The notes beneath the pieces were generated by a model. It searched no databases and was not told the origin of the DNA. It saw nothing but the letters and a program-made list of their open reading frames with translations. A DNA stretch of 64,000 nucleotides from a phage, in the sequence record PZ053912.1. One strand, 5' to 3'. A program made the position numbers and the translations under genes. Below are positions 37,498 to 45,706 of this stretch, piece after piece (position 1 is the stretch's first letter; every line of letters starts with the position of its first letter).

Positions 37498-37976
37498 TCA
37501 ACAATCACAATTTCTAGTTTAGTGGAATACGTATCTAAAATCTCTTCGATGACATCCCAGTTTCCACCACCGATACCTGCACCAATTCTTGGCATATAAA
37601 TTACAGGCTTTGTTATCTTATTCTTTCCGAATTCATTTAATTCTATTATACAATTCATTAAAGCAGAGTACTCAAAATTAGGTCCCGGCTCAAACTGCGT
37701 ATAAAGATTAAAGCAATAAGCTTTATGGGTCTTAAAATATTTTTCATAAACTGAATAAGTCCCGAGTTTAGACTCGTCTCCGAATTCGGTTTGAAGTTTA
37801 TCGGCTTCTAAAATTTTTGGATAAGCCTTTGCTAATTGTCCTGCCACACCAGCGCCCATTGTATGAAAACAATTACACCCATGAGCAATATTATTACCTT
37901 TAGAAAACAGGGCGACAATATCGCCCTTGATATAGTTTTTAATCACTTGCTGCAAGTCCTCTAGTATAAGAGTCAA
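37479..37976 (-). CDS. Macro-domain protein (ADP-ribose binding/processing)
   Basis: 165 aa; GNNIAHGCNCFHTMGAGVAGQLAKAYP and IGAGIGGGNW resemble macro-domain glycine-rich loops. Confidence 0.6.
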   Translation of the reverse strand: MTLILEDLQQVIKNYIKGDIVALFSKGNNIAHGCNCFHTMGAGVAGQLAKAYPKILEADKLQTEFGDESKLGTYSVYEKYFKTHKAYCFNLYTQFEPGPNFEYSALMNCIIELNEFGKNKITKPVIYMPRIGAGIGGGNWDVIEEILDTYSTKLEIVIVDWEPLL

Positions 37977-38286
37977 CTAGACGGTCCACCATAGAATTGC
38001 ATGCTGCCTTATCTTTAGGTTCCGCCACCGAGCATTCTAATATTTGCCATTTTTTATAGTATCTTTTAATTAAGGTAGACGCCTTGAACCTACTAGACGC
38101 CCCATCTTTTTCTCCGTCTTTATACGCATATAACAATTTTTGTGAAAAATCTACTTTACACTCTTGACTTTTACCACAATAATCAGACGCTGTTCTGTTT
38201 GTATACTCCGTTACATCAGTATATGTAGTATTAGCAAGAGCGTTAAATGAAACCAAGCCAACTATTAAAGCCAACATTTTGGTCAT
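37939..38286 (-). CDS. Secreted small protein
   Basis: 115 aa; signal-peptide-like MTKMLALIVGLVSFNALA. Confidence 0.45.
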   Translation of the reverse strand: MTKMLALIVGLVSFNALANTTYTDVTEYTNRTASDYCGKSQECKVDFSQKLLYAYKDGEKDGASSRFKASTLIKRYYKKWQILECSVAEPKDKAACNSMVDRLVDSYTRGLAASD

Positions 38287-38825
38287 TCTTTTATTTCCAG
38301 TAGTTTATTTGATTTAAGGTAATTAGCCTTTTCTAGGACTTCAGAAGCATATTTACTTCCAGCACTTGTCTTCCATCCCGCATTATATGAGGATATAGCT
38401 TTTCTTATATCCCCATTATGTATATTTAACCAATAAGAAAATTCGATATAAGCCCATCTGGCTGAATTAGACCGCTTAGATAGCATTTTCTTAATTTGGG
38501 CATCAGTCATATTATAACCAAGCTGGTTAATTCTTGCCCTCATTGTTGGTAGATAATTTTGGAACATTCCATACGCATGGTGACCTTTCTTATTTTTAAG
38601 ATTAATACCGGCAGATGATTCCTGCCATAGTATTGCGGCCATTATGTATCCAAGTCCTTTCTTATGCATATTTTCATGCGTTTTAAATTTTCCGTCCTTA
38701 GAAAACTGTTCCCCAAACTGATAAGCATAATTCAAGTTATCGAGTTGGACATTACTAAAAGTATGCTCGGAGCTATGTGCTGATAATGAAAGAGCAAATA
38801 GACCAGCGAGTAGTGCTTTTCTCAT
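38283..38825 (-). CDS. Exported lytic transglycosylase-like protein (SLT domain)
   Basis: 180 aa; signal peptide MRKALLAGLFALSLSAHS; motifs WQESS, AYGMFQ, YNAG. Confidence 0.55.
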   Translation of the reverse strand: MRKALLAGLFALSLSAHSSEHTFSNVQLDNLNYAYQFGEQFSKDGKFKTHENMHKKGLGYIMAAILWQESSAGINLKNKKGHHAYGMFQNYLPTMRARINQLGYNMTDAQIKKMLSKRSNSARWAYIEFSYWLNIHNGDIRKAISSYNAGWKTSAGSKYASEVLEKANYLKSNKLLEIKE

Positions 38826-38833
38826 GTTTACCT

Positions 38834-39292
38834 CTAGATTTTAATCACTGCTTTAGAAGCTTTTCCTGGTAGTCGTTTACTGTTAATAATAGCCATTCTG
38901 CATTGAAGAGTCTTCATTTTGAATGCTGGATTTTCGCGACAAACTGTAAGTCCTAACCAAAGATTTCCATCAGTTATTTCTAAACGGCCTGGACGATATT
39001 CGACACCTTCGACAAAATCTTCATCAACATCTGGACGTGCCGGCATTGATAAAAATTCTGCAACTTCTTTAACATGATTTTTTACTTTACGAAATAATTC
39101 AAAAACGTAATTCTCATCTATTTCTCTCTGGATGGCACGATCTAAGAGATGTTGAGAATACTTGATATGAAAGCCTGGTAGTCCAAGAGACTTTGCAGCA
39201 TCTTTTATACCGGCATTTATTTTGCGGAACTCCGTTTCAAAGATTCGACGGAGTTTATTACGGCGGATAAAAACGTCAGAATTGATAGTCAT
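38834..39292 (-). CDS. regB: RegB sequence-specific endoribonuclease
   Basis: MTINSDVFIRRNKLRR...HIKYSQHLLDRAIQREIDENYVFELF...YRPGRLEITDGNLWLG...CRMAIINSKRLPGKASKAVIK matches recalled T4 RegB. Confidence 0.9.
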   Translation of the reverse strand: MTINSDVFIRRNKLRRIFETEFRKINAGIKDAAKSLGLPGFHIKYSQHLLDRAIQREIDENYVFELFRKVKNHVKEVAEFLSMPARPDVDEDFVEGVEYRPGRLEITDGNLWLGLTVCRENPAFKMKTLQCRMAIINSKRLPGKASKAVIKI

Positions 39293-39300
39293 TTTTGATT

Positions 39301-39350
39301 TCTCCTCTAGTTGACAGGTCTATAGTAACACATCTAGAGGAGAAGTAAAC
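39301..39350 (-). promoter_or_regulatory. regB early promoter (GTTTAC-17-TACTAT) enclosed in a 10-bp hairpin pairing the regB SD with an anti-SD in the promoter spacer
   Basis: Arms UCUCCUCUAG (39334-39343) and CUAGAGGAGA (39301-39310); -10 at 39322-39327. Confidence 0.55.
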
Positions 39351-39354
39351 AACT

Positions 39355-39570
39355 TTATTGATAAAATGGAGTTAAAGCCCAAGATTCTTTAGATACCATA
39401 TCGGCGAAATGCCTCATCTCTTCGATTTGGCGACGACGTTGGTCAGCATAGTCTTCTTCGCCTTCTTCCTTACAATCATCAAGGTCTTCTTCAAGATACT
39501 TTAAGTATTCACTACAAATTTTGTTGACCTTTTCTTGAAAGTCCAATAACCCAGTAATAGTAGAAGCCAT
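39355..39570 (-). CDS. Hypothetical acidic protein
   Basis: 71 aa ORF. Confidence 0.45.
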   Translation of the reverse strand: MASTITGLLDFQEKVNKICSEYLKYLEEDLDDCKEEGEEDYADQRRRQIEEMRHFADMVSKESWALTPFYQ

Positions 39571-39836
39571 TAGTATTTTTCCTCAGGTCGAAATACTGCA
39601 CGGCATGCCCACATGCTGGCTTCTTTTAGATGTTGCTTAGCATACTTAAGAGCCTGCACTGCATCCATATCTTCTTTGGTTTGTTGCTCTGATTCATTTT
39701 CTTTCAAGATATATGCTTCTTCAATCAGAGCATCAAACATCAATCCAAGACGGACTTCTGCATCTTTAATAGCGTTCACTTTACTGATTTTATCATCGGT
39801 ATGCGGCTTGTAGCCTTTGATGTCTTCAATCGACAT
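39570..39836 (-). CDS. Hypothetical protein; start trimmed to MSIEDIKG
   Basis: ORF 39570..40004 overlaps the upstream ORF by 180 nt in another frame. Confidence 0.4.
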   Translation of the reverse strand: MSIEDIKGYKPHTDDKISKVNAIKDAEVRLGLMFDALIEEAYILKENESEQQTKEDMDAVQALKYAKQHLKEASMWACRAVFRPEEKY

Positions 39837-40050
39837 AAGGAATTTCCTCATCGGTGGCAAGGTCATATTCGACCAATTGGATAGGCTCATTAATACCATA
39901 TCCACGTACAGTGATATCGGTTGTCGGATATTTTCCAGTAATATCACCCATTCTAAATGCTTCAATGAATGATTGCTCGCCTGAGCAACTAAACCAGGCG
40001 GCAAAACATTTTAAAACATCTTCAGACCCTTCTATAATCAATTTAGCCAT
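39826..40050 (-). CDS. Hypothetical protein
   Basis: 74 aa ORF. Confidence 0.45.
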   Translation of the reverse strand: MAKLIIEGSEDVLKCFAAWFSCSGEQSFIEAFRMGDITGKYPTTDITVRGYGINEPIQLVEYDLATDEEIPYVD

Positions 40051-40412
40051 TATAGACTCTCAGTAAAGGTACGAGCGATAACATCGCGCTGCTGTTCCGG
40101 AGTCAGAGAGTTAAAGCGAACTGCATAACCGGATACACGGATGGTCAGCTGCGGATATTTTTCCGGATGCTTAACTGCATCTTCCAGAGTTTCACGACGC
40201 AGAACGTTAACGTTCAGGTGTTGACCACCTTCAATTTTAACTTTAGGTTGATGTTCAATTTCAATTTCACGGGCATTCAAACCGTAGAAAATTTCCGGGT
40301 CTACAATAGCGTCTTCTTTAAAAGTCTTAGAGACAATAATCCGGGCTTGAGTACCGTCTTCAAAATAAATAGTGCCTTTATGTGCACCTTCAAGAATTTG
40401 ATATGCTTTCAT
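40050..40412 (-). CDS. Autonomous glycyl-radical cofactor (GrcA/YfiD-like; T4 Y06I-type)
   Basis: 120 aa; C-terminal [43 protein letters not shown] with the RVSGY glycyl-radical motif. Confidence 0.8.
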   Translation of the reverse strand: MKAYQILEGAHKGTIYFEDGTQARIIVSKTFKEDAIVDPEIFYGLNAREIEIEHQPKVKIEGGQHLNVNVLRRETLEDAVKHPEKYPQLTIRVSGYAVRFNSLTPEQQRDVIARTFTESL

Positions 40413-40418
40413 ATAACC

Positions 40419-40727
40419 TCAATTAGAAAATAAATTTATCCAAGATTTTTCTTTAATCAAAAATGGGTCGGAATTAAACGCCATTAAACTTTGAGTGATT
40501 AATCCCTTAAATGGCCCATCAATAAATTCCATTTTGAAATGCGGAATACTAGTCATCAACCGTGCATTAGGAGCAGTACAAAGAACATGCTGCCCTGCGA
40601 ACGGACCTTTAGTCAAACGATATCGTTTAGGTTTAAAATGGTAAATCTCGTAATTTTCTACAAGAGCCCTTTTATTGCATGCTGGGCTGTTATAACAATA
40701 CTCAAAAACTTCAATAGTGGTCATCAT
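40419..40727 (-). CDS. Hypothetical protein
   Basis: ORF 40419..40775; start uncertain. Confidence 0.4.
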   Translation of the reverse strand: MMTTIEVFEYCYNSPACNKRALVENYEIYHFKPKRYRLTKGPFAGQHVLCTAPNARLMTSIPHFKMEFIDGPFKGLITQSLMAFNSDPFLIKEKSWINLFSN

Positions 40728-41263
40728 TGCATTCCAATCACAAAAAATTGAGGACGAGCAATACCGCCTATGCAATATTTGCTTTTGCAGCAGTGCTGTA
40801 CTGATTTAATATGGACATTGTAAATCTTATCCATATCAGGAGCTTTAATAGGCTCGTCAATTATGTATAGAATACGAGAAAGCGTTAATCCACGGAATTT
40901 AGAACCTTCATTGCCAATAAAACTACGGACAGAATCAGTAAATAAACGGAATCGAATATCATCGCTAGAATAACGAGAAAATTCTTTTTTAATGTTGCCA
41001 GCAGAAATTTTAGCATAAGCTGAAGTATTAGAAAGAACAATAACTGTTCCATCGTCGTGCAGCCAATTAGCAGCAAAATTAGTTACTGCAGTGGATTTAC
41101 CTGATTGTCTGCCACCGTCTAAACGAAGTGTACAGTACTGCTTGAGTATGTCTTCAAATGGTGGGACATAACCGTTCTTACAAATTTCTTCTACTCTAGC
41201 ATCAGAATGGTGTGTAAAAGCATTCATCAGGGATAGATAAGGTCCAGTTAAAAATGTTTTCAT
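40724..41263 (-). CDS. P-loop NTPase, hypothetical
   Basis: Walker A GGRQSGKST; start taken at MKTFLTGP after GAGAGAA. Confidence 0.5.
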   Translation of the reverse strand: MKTFLTGPYLSLMNAFTHHSDARVEEICKNGYVPPFEDILKQYCTLRLDGGRQSGKSTAVTNFAANWLHDDGTVIVLSNTSAYAKISAGNIKKEFSRYSSDDIRFRLFTDSVRSFIGNEGSKFRGLTLSRILYIIDEPIKAPDMDKIYNVHIKSVQHCCKSKYCIGGIARPQFFVIGMQ

Positions 41264-41535
41264 TTTGTTCTCTCTAAGTTTGGGCCATTCCATGGCACAT
41301 GAATTGTCCATTTCTGTATTTACCCATTACCGCACTTGGGCTCGACCTTATTACAGGTTGGCGGGAATCCCTCATAGAATCATGAGGTCCAGCTTGTTCC
41401 CATGTTATTTGAATGTAAATATTTTTGCCTTAATACTTATACCAGTGTGGCTTCATTAAAATTTTTTCATCGAGTCATTTTACCTCTCCAAGTAATTATG
41501 ATTATACTATCACAATTCTAGGAGAAAGTAAACTG
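41264..41535 (-). other. 272-nt untranslated leader with an early promoter-like element near 41500-41530, a 3-codon uORF and internal hairpins
   Basis: No ORF longer than 8 codons on the minus strand; hairpin CCUCAU-GAUUCU-AUGAGG. Confidence 0.35.
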
Positions 41536-41838
41536 TTATTTACCTTTAATTACTTTAGCTGCTTCGATAGCCGCTTGCTGAAGGTCATCCATAGACATAC
41601 CGAATTTAGAAGCAAAGTTATCAATTTTCTTTTCAACAGCATTCAAAGGCTTGGCCTGTTTACCTTCATTAGCGCCAGGAAGAGCGAGAATACGCTCTTT
41701 GTCAATATAAAGGCTTACAAGTTTCTTACGGTCTTTATCGGACAAATCGTGAAATGAATGGGCCTTTTTATTTATAGCGGCTTCTAATTTACCTGCACTC
41801 ACTCGCGCTTCAGTAATAAATTCTTGATATGTTTTCAT
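41536..41838 (-). CDS. ipIII: Internal head protein IPIII-like, with N-terminal capsid-targeting sequence
   Basis: MKTYQEFITEARVSAGKLEAAINKKAHSFHDL...; the leader MKTYQEFI-x-E is the recalled T4 CTS. Confidence 0.8.
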   Translation of the reverse strand: MKTYQEFITEARVSAGKLEAAINKKAHSFHDLSDKDRKKLVSLYIDKERILALPGANEGKQAKPLNAVEKKIDNFASKFGMSMDDLQQAAIEAAKVIKGK

Positions 41839-41929
41839 TTTTGTTTCCTTGTTTGTTTTGATAGAGTAATTATACCATATTAATACTTAAGCGTAAACTG
41901 TTTAAGCTTTACCATCGCAACCTTTTTCC

Positions 41930-42343
41930 TTAGTAAATTGATTTACCATAGTATTTGTACCAAGTAGGACGTTGAGCAATTTTTTCATCTAAACGAGCTT
42001 GACTTATCGCAATGGACGCTTCGGTCGGGACATAATTATTACGAAATTCGGCAGGGATGTCGGAAATATCTTGGACAGTCGTGTCCTTGATTTTGAAACC
42101 ACGTTTCAAGCATTCAGCGATTAGCTCGATTTGACGTAAACGTAAAAATTCGAGTTTGTCGTAAAAGAATGTTACATGACCTGTGCCTAAGATAAATGTC
42201 GGGGAGATTTTAAAATCCTTTACACGTTTACCGTTTTGAACATGTTTACGGACTGCACCAAATACGCGTGGTAATTCACGATACTCAGCCATAAGATGTT
42301 GGTCGGTCAGTTCAGAAACAAGTGTTAAATTGATACGAGTCAT
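41930..42343 (-). CDS. denV: Endonuclease V (pyrimidine-dimer DNA glycosylase) DenV
   Basis: [34 protein letters not shown]... matches recalled T4 DenV; start at internal ATG after GGAGGAA. Confidence 0.9.
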   Translation of the reverse strand: MTRINLTLVSELTDQHLMAEYRELPRVFGAVRKHVQNGKRVKDFKISPTFILGTGHVTFFYDKLEFLRLRQIELIAECLKRGFKIKDTTVQDISDIPAEFRNNYVPTEASIAISQARLDEKIAQRPTWYKYYGKSIY

Positions 42344-42346
42344 AAT

Positions 42347-42400
42347 TTCCTCCAAGTAGTTGATGAATGTATAGTATCAAAACCCTTGGAGGAAGTAAAC
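42347..42400 (-). promoter_or_regulatory. denV early promoter (-10 TACTAT at 42371-42376) enclosed in a 10-bp hairpin pairing the denV SD with an anti-SD at the -35/spacer
   Basis: Arms ttcctccaag (42347-42356) and cttggaggaa (42385-42394) on the plus strand. Confidence 0.5.
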
Positions 42401-42401
42401 A

Positions 42402-42683
42402 CTATTTTTCTGAAGCGCCTGAAATATATTTTTCAAGACGTTGTTTCATCAGCGAGCCATTCTTAGCGATTTCTTCCGGTTTATCACACATACGCAACAA
42501 GGCTTCAAGCTTAACGATATCACTGGTGCGCTCAAATTTGCGAGTATCTATCTTACTAGCAAGTTCAGAAATACGTGCTAATAGACTTTCAGCTTCAACC
42601 AAAGCTGCACCTAGCTTGGTTGCAAATGTGTCAGTAGCTTCGTTAAGAATAGATTCTGATAAAAATTCACTATATGTTTTCAT
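42402..42683 (-). CDS. ipII: Internal head protein IPII-like, with capsid-targeting sequence
   Basis: [15 protein letters not shown]...; start at the internal Met of ORF 42402..42698. Confidence 0.75.
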   Translation of the reverse strand: MKTYSEFLSESILNEATDTFATKLGAALVEAESLLARISELASKIDTRKFERTSDIVKLEALLRMCDKPEEIAKNGSLMKQRLEKYISGASEK

Positions 42684-43168
42684 ATATACGCTTTCCAAGT
42701 TCCTGTTTTAAATGTTGAGATTACGCGTTTCGCGCGATTAGGTGTCTGACGATACCATTTAGATTGGGCTAGATTTACTGCCGCTTCATCCCAACGTTTC
42801 TGTTGAAGCATACGAAGAGAATTAGTAAAACCTGCGACGCCTGCTACACCCATTTGGAAGACCATATTGACCAATGCACATCGACGAACTGCATCTAAAG
42901 AATCATATACCGGTTTAAGTTTAGCATTACCCAAGATTCCGCGAACGGCTTTATCAACGTCTTCATTAAATAGCTTTTCAGCCTCATCAAGGGTAATTGT
43001 ACCGTTGCATTTACGACCGATCATTCTGTCAAGTTCAGCTTTAGCTACGGCTAAAGACGGGTTCTTTGTTACTAAATGGCCTATGCCAATCGTCCAAAAG
43101 CCTTCGGTGTCTTTGTATAAAGTCAGTCTAAGACCTTCGTCATTACGAAGCATTTCAAATATATTCAT
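42680..43168 (-). CDS. e: Endolysin (T4 lysozyme, gene e)
   Basis: [32 protein letters not shown]... matches recalled T4 lysozyme, including the catalytic Glu and the DTEG block. Confidence 0.95.
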   Translation of the reverse strand: MNIFEMLRNDEGLRLTLYKDTEGFWTIGIGHLVTKNPSLAVAKAELDRMIGRKCNGTITLDEAEKLFNEDVDKAVRGILGNAKLKPVYDSLDAVRRCALVNMVFQMGVAGVAGFTNSLRMLQQKRWDEAAVNLAQSKWYRQTPNRAKRVISTFKTGTWKAYI

Positions 43169-43170
43169 AA

Positions 43171-43194
43171 TACCTCCCACGTTTATAGGAGGTA
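43171..43194 (-). promoter_or_regulatory. Hairpin sequestering the gene e ribosome-binding site, with a late-promoter-like TATAAACG in the loop
   Basis: Arms UACCUCC and GGAGGUA, loop UAUAAACGUG; the same arrangement is documented for T4 gene e. Confidence 0.6.
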
Positions 43195-43202
43195 TTTATT
43201 AC

Positions 43203-43661
43203 TTATAGGAGGGTAGTGAGCACCTTATATAATGATTTGCCCATTACATATTCCCATTGAGAAGGTTTAATTAAAGCGAATGCATCAAATTCAGGAATCT
43301 GTCGTCCGTCTGGGAATGTATGATAGGAATTACAAACACTGTTTCTGAATTGCTCGTGCTCTACAGGGATGGTATATAGGAACAGATGAATATTCTTATT
43401 GTCTGAGTAATGATGTTCACCTAGGTCTTTCAGGAAGGCAGGGTCATATTGTGTAAACCCAGTTTCTTCTTCGCATTCGCGAATAGCGGCTTCAATAGGA
43501 GATTCGGCGGGCTCGACACGTCCTTTAGGAATATCCCACCGATGAGCTAAAGAACCTTTAGGACGAGAACCAGTTACACGCCCCATGAATAATTCTTTAT
43601 CTTCGGTAAGGAAAATAATACCGGCTGATAGTTCTTTCACTTTATTTTTCTTACTCATCAT
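43203..43661 (-). CDS. nudE: Nudix hydrolase NudE
   Basis: 152 aa; Nudix box GRVEPAESPIEAAIRECEEETG. Confidence 0.85.
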   Translation of the reverse strand: MMSKKNKVKELSAGIIFLTEDKELFMGRVTGSRPKGSLAHRWDIPKGRVEPAESPIEAAIRECEEETGFTQYDPAFLKDLGEHHYSDNKNIHLFLYTIPVEHEQFRNSVCNSYHTFPDGRQIPEFDAFALIKPSQWEYVMGKSLYKVLTTLL

Positions 43662-43902
43662 CTCGGTCCCATGATTTAGCCATTAATTCGGACATAAATT
43701 CTTCAATGCGCGTTTCTTTAGATGGACTTTCACTATTAGAGACCGCAAGTTTGTAATCTGCAATAGGACAGAACATATCAAGGTCCATATTAAGATCGTC
43801 TTTGATTTTTTCTTCTGACACGTCTTTATCGTATGTGTACAGATAACTATCACATGATTCTGATTTAATGTAAATTGCTATACTCATCTCAAATTCCTGC
43901 AT
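43651..43902 (-). CDS. Hypothetical acidic protein
   Basis: 83 aa ORF. Confidence 0.45.
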   Translation of the reverse strand: MQEFEMSIAIYIKSESCDSYLYTYDKDVSEEKIKDDLNMDLDMFCPIADYKLAVSNSESPSKETRIEEFMSELMAKSWDRDDE

Positions 43903-44375
43903 TCGGTAATAAAACGTTCAACTTCATTATTCTTGGCCTTTATCTTGGCTTTATGTTCTTGTAAACTACTTTTAATAAGATTAATAATGATGGCGGCGGT
44001 ACCGCCGCCAATGATGCCACCAACAACACTTATGATACTAGATGCTAATAAGATGGCAATAATATCAACAAAACCGAAAGAACTCACCTTAGTACTGAAA
44101 AACCATATAGACGGTACAAATATAATCCATCCTGTTATCCATTGGCACTTATTGAAAAACTTTTCAAGCTCAGCTTGAGTTGTTCGTATTACTTCATCGA
44201 TAGGTTGATATCCATTAATGTATCTGTTCACGATAATACCTGCTGGCTGGTCGATTTTAAATTCTTGGCAAATATGTTTCACTAAGTAGGATGGACATCC
44301 TGTCCAATCTACTGAATAGTATGAAATACCTTCGTTGCCATCGTCTATATTAGACCAATATGTTTTGCTAATCAT
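43884..44375 (-). CDS. Membrane protein, hypothetical
   Basis: 163 aa; central hydrophobic spans. Confidence 0.45.
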   Translation of the reverse strand: MISKTYWSNIDDGNEGISYYSVDWTGCPSYLVKHICQEFKIDQPAGIIVNRYINGYQPIDEVIRTTQAELEKFFNKCQWITGWIIFVPSIWFFSTKVSSFGFVDIIAILLASSIISVVGGIIGGGTAAIIINLIKSSLQEHKAKIKAKNNEVERFITECRNLR

Positions 44376-45061
44376 TACCAGCCTTCCATAGGGAATTCCA
44401 GATAAACTTGAGCGTTGACACGAATTTCATTGGTAATCTTTTTAACTCGGTCTGTATTACGAGATACACGGCCGAACCAACGCCATCCATTACTAATTGC
44501 ACGAGAACCAGTGTGCCATGTTTGCCAATCAAACTGAAGAAGAGTACGATCTGGAGCTTCCCATTTCTCTAGTTCGCCTTTTTCGATTTTTTCGAGGACT
44601 TCTTTGTGCCACTGGCGATAGATAAGTTCGCCATCAGGAATCTGACTGAACTCTGCAGTTCCTGTTGCAAAATGAGTAGGACACACATCAGCGTTAACAA
44701 GACCAAGAATATGTTCAGACAAATAGCGAGGATTGTCATAATCAGGTTGTCCCGCAGTAATAAAGTGCTGACCAACTGGAATATCAGGGCGTGGTACGTC
44801 ATCATGGTGATATCCAGGAATAGCAGGATACCAACCAGGCATCAGCATGTGGACTCGTGAATCAAATACAACCTGGTCGGTGTTCCAATCATCAGGCAAG
44901 TTCATGATGAAGCTGCGAGTAATAGGACCACCGTTATTATAAGCAAATTCTAAACTACAGTTGAAGAACATAGGCTCGTTTTTAATCTGGTCATTTTTAA
45001 TCGCATGAGCAAAACCACCTACTGCACGAGCTTGACTATTAAACACTTTAGAACTATTCAT
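44375..45061 (-). CDS. Hypothetical protein
   Basis: ORF 44375..45088 trimmed to the ATG after GAGGAAAA. Confidence 0.5.
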   Translation of the reverse strand: MNSSKVFNSQARAVGGFAHAIKNDQIKNEPMFFNCSLEFAYNNGGPITRSFIMNLPDDWNTDQVVFDSRVHMLMPGWYPAIPGYHHDDVPRPDIPVGQHFITAGQPDYDNPRYLSEHILGLVNADVCPTHFATGTAEFSQIPDGELIYRQWHKEVLEKIEKGELEKWEAPDRTLLQFDWQTWHTGSRAISNGWRWFGRVSRNTDRVKKITNEIRVNAQVYLEFPMEGW

Positions 45062-45062
45062 A

Positions 45063-45368
45063 TTATTTTCCTCGACATTCTTTAACAAAATTTTCTAAAT
45101 CTGTTGATTCAATAGCTTTTTTACGAGCTTCAGCGTGTTCTTCTTCAGTTAATCTACGTTTAAACTTGACCCAAACATTATGGTCGAAACCTGTTGTCGC
45201 GTATAATAACAGAGCACCAACGAATAACAAAAACGGTGATAAAAATACACAACCAGGAACACCGTCCATGCCATAGGCCTTTTGTAATACTGCAACAGAA
45301 AGCACAGCATAAAAAGGTGATGTAAGTATCGTTAAAAGGCCAATTCGGTTGGTTTCTGTTAATTTCAT
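45063..45368 (-). CDS. Membrane protein, hypothetical
   Basis: 101 aa; two hydrophobic spans. Confidence 0.45.
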   Translation of the reverse strand: MKLTETNRIGLLTILTSPFYAVLSVAVLQKAYGMDGVPGCVFLSPFLLFVGALLLYATTGFDHNVWVKFKRRLTEEEHAEARKKAIESTDLENFVKECRGK

Positions 45369-45396
45369 ATTATTCTCCTCATGTTTTAATAGGACT

Positions 45397-45425
45397 ACTA
45401 TAACATAGCCCTATCAATTTGTACA
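45397..45425 (-). promoter_or_regulatory. Early promoter (TGTACA-17-TATAGT) with arms ATAGGGCUA/UAGUCCUAU flanking the -10
   Basis: Seen directly; same cassette at 46950-46978 and 53685-53713. Confidence 0.5.
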
Positions 45426-45426
45426 C

Positions 45427-45627
45427 TTATTTTGACATTTCTTCGATATCACGACGATACCCGTCACGAACTTCACGAAGAGCTTCAAGGCCACACATAG
45501 GCTCGATGCCAGTAATGTGAACTTGATTAATCTGATACTCTACATCTTCTAACTGAGCGAAAATGTAACGACGTTCTGCTGCACAGCCAGGTTTAGCTTT
45601 ACCGAAACGTTTATTCAAAGTAGTCAT
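45427..45627 (-). CDS. Small hypothetical protein
   Basis: ORF 45427..45648 trimmed to MTTLNKRF. Confidence 0.4.
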   Translation of the reverse strand: MTTLNKRFGKAKPGCAAERRYIFAQLEDVEYQINQVHITGIEPMCGLEALREVRDGYRRDIEEMSK

Positions 45628-45664
45628 TTTGTATCTCCATTCACTCATTTGTTTTGATAGGTCT

Positions 45665-45693
45665 ATAGTATCAACAACTACAGACCTTGTAAA
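45665..45693 (-). promoter_or_regulatory. Early promoter (TTTACA-17-TACTAT) with arms GGUCUGUAG/CUAUAGACC
   Basis: Seen directly. Confidence 0.45.
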
Positions 45694-45706
45694 CAGTTTG
45701 GTGAAA

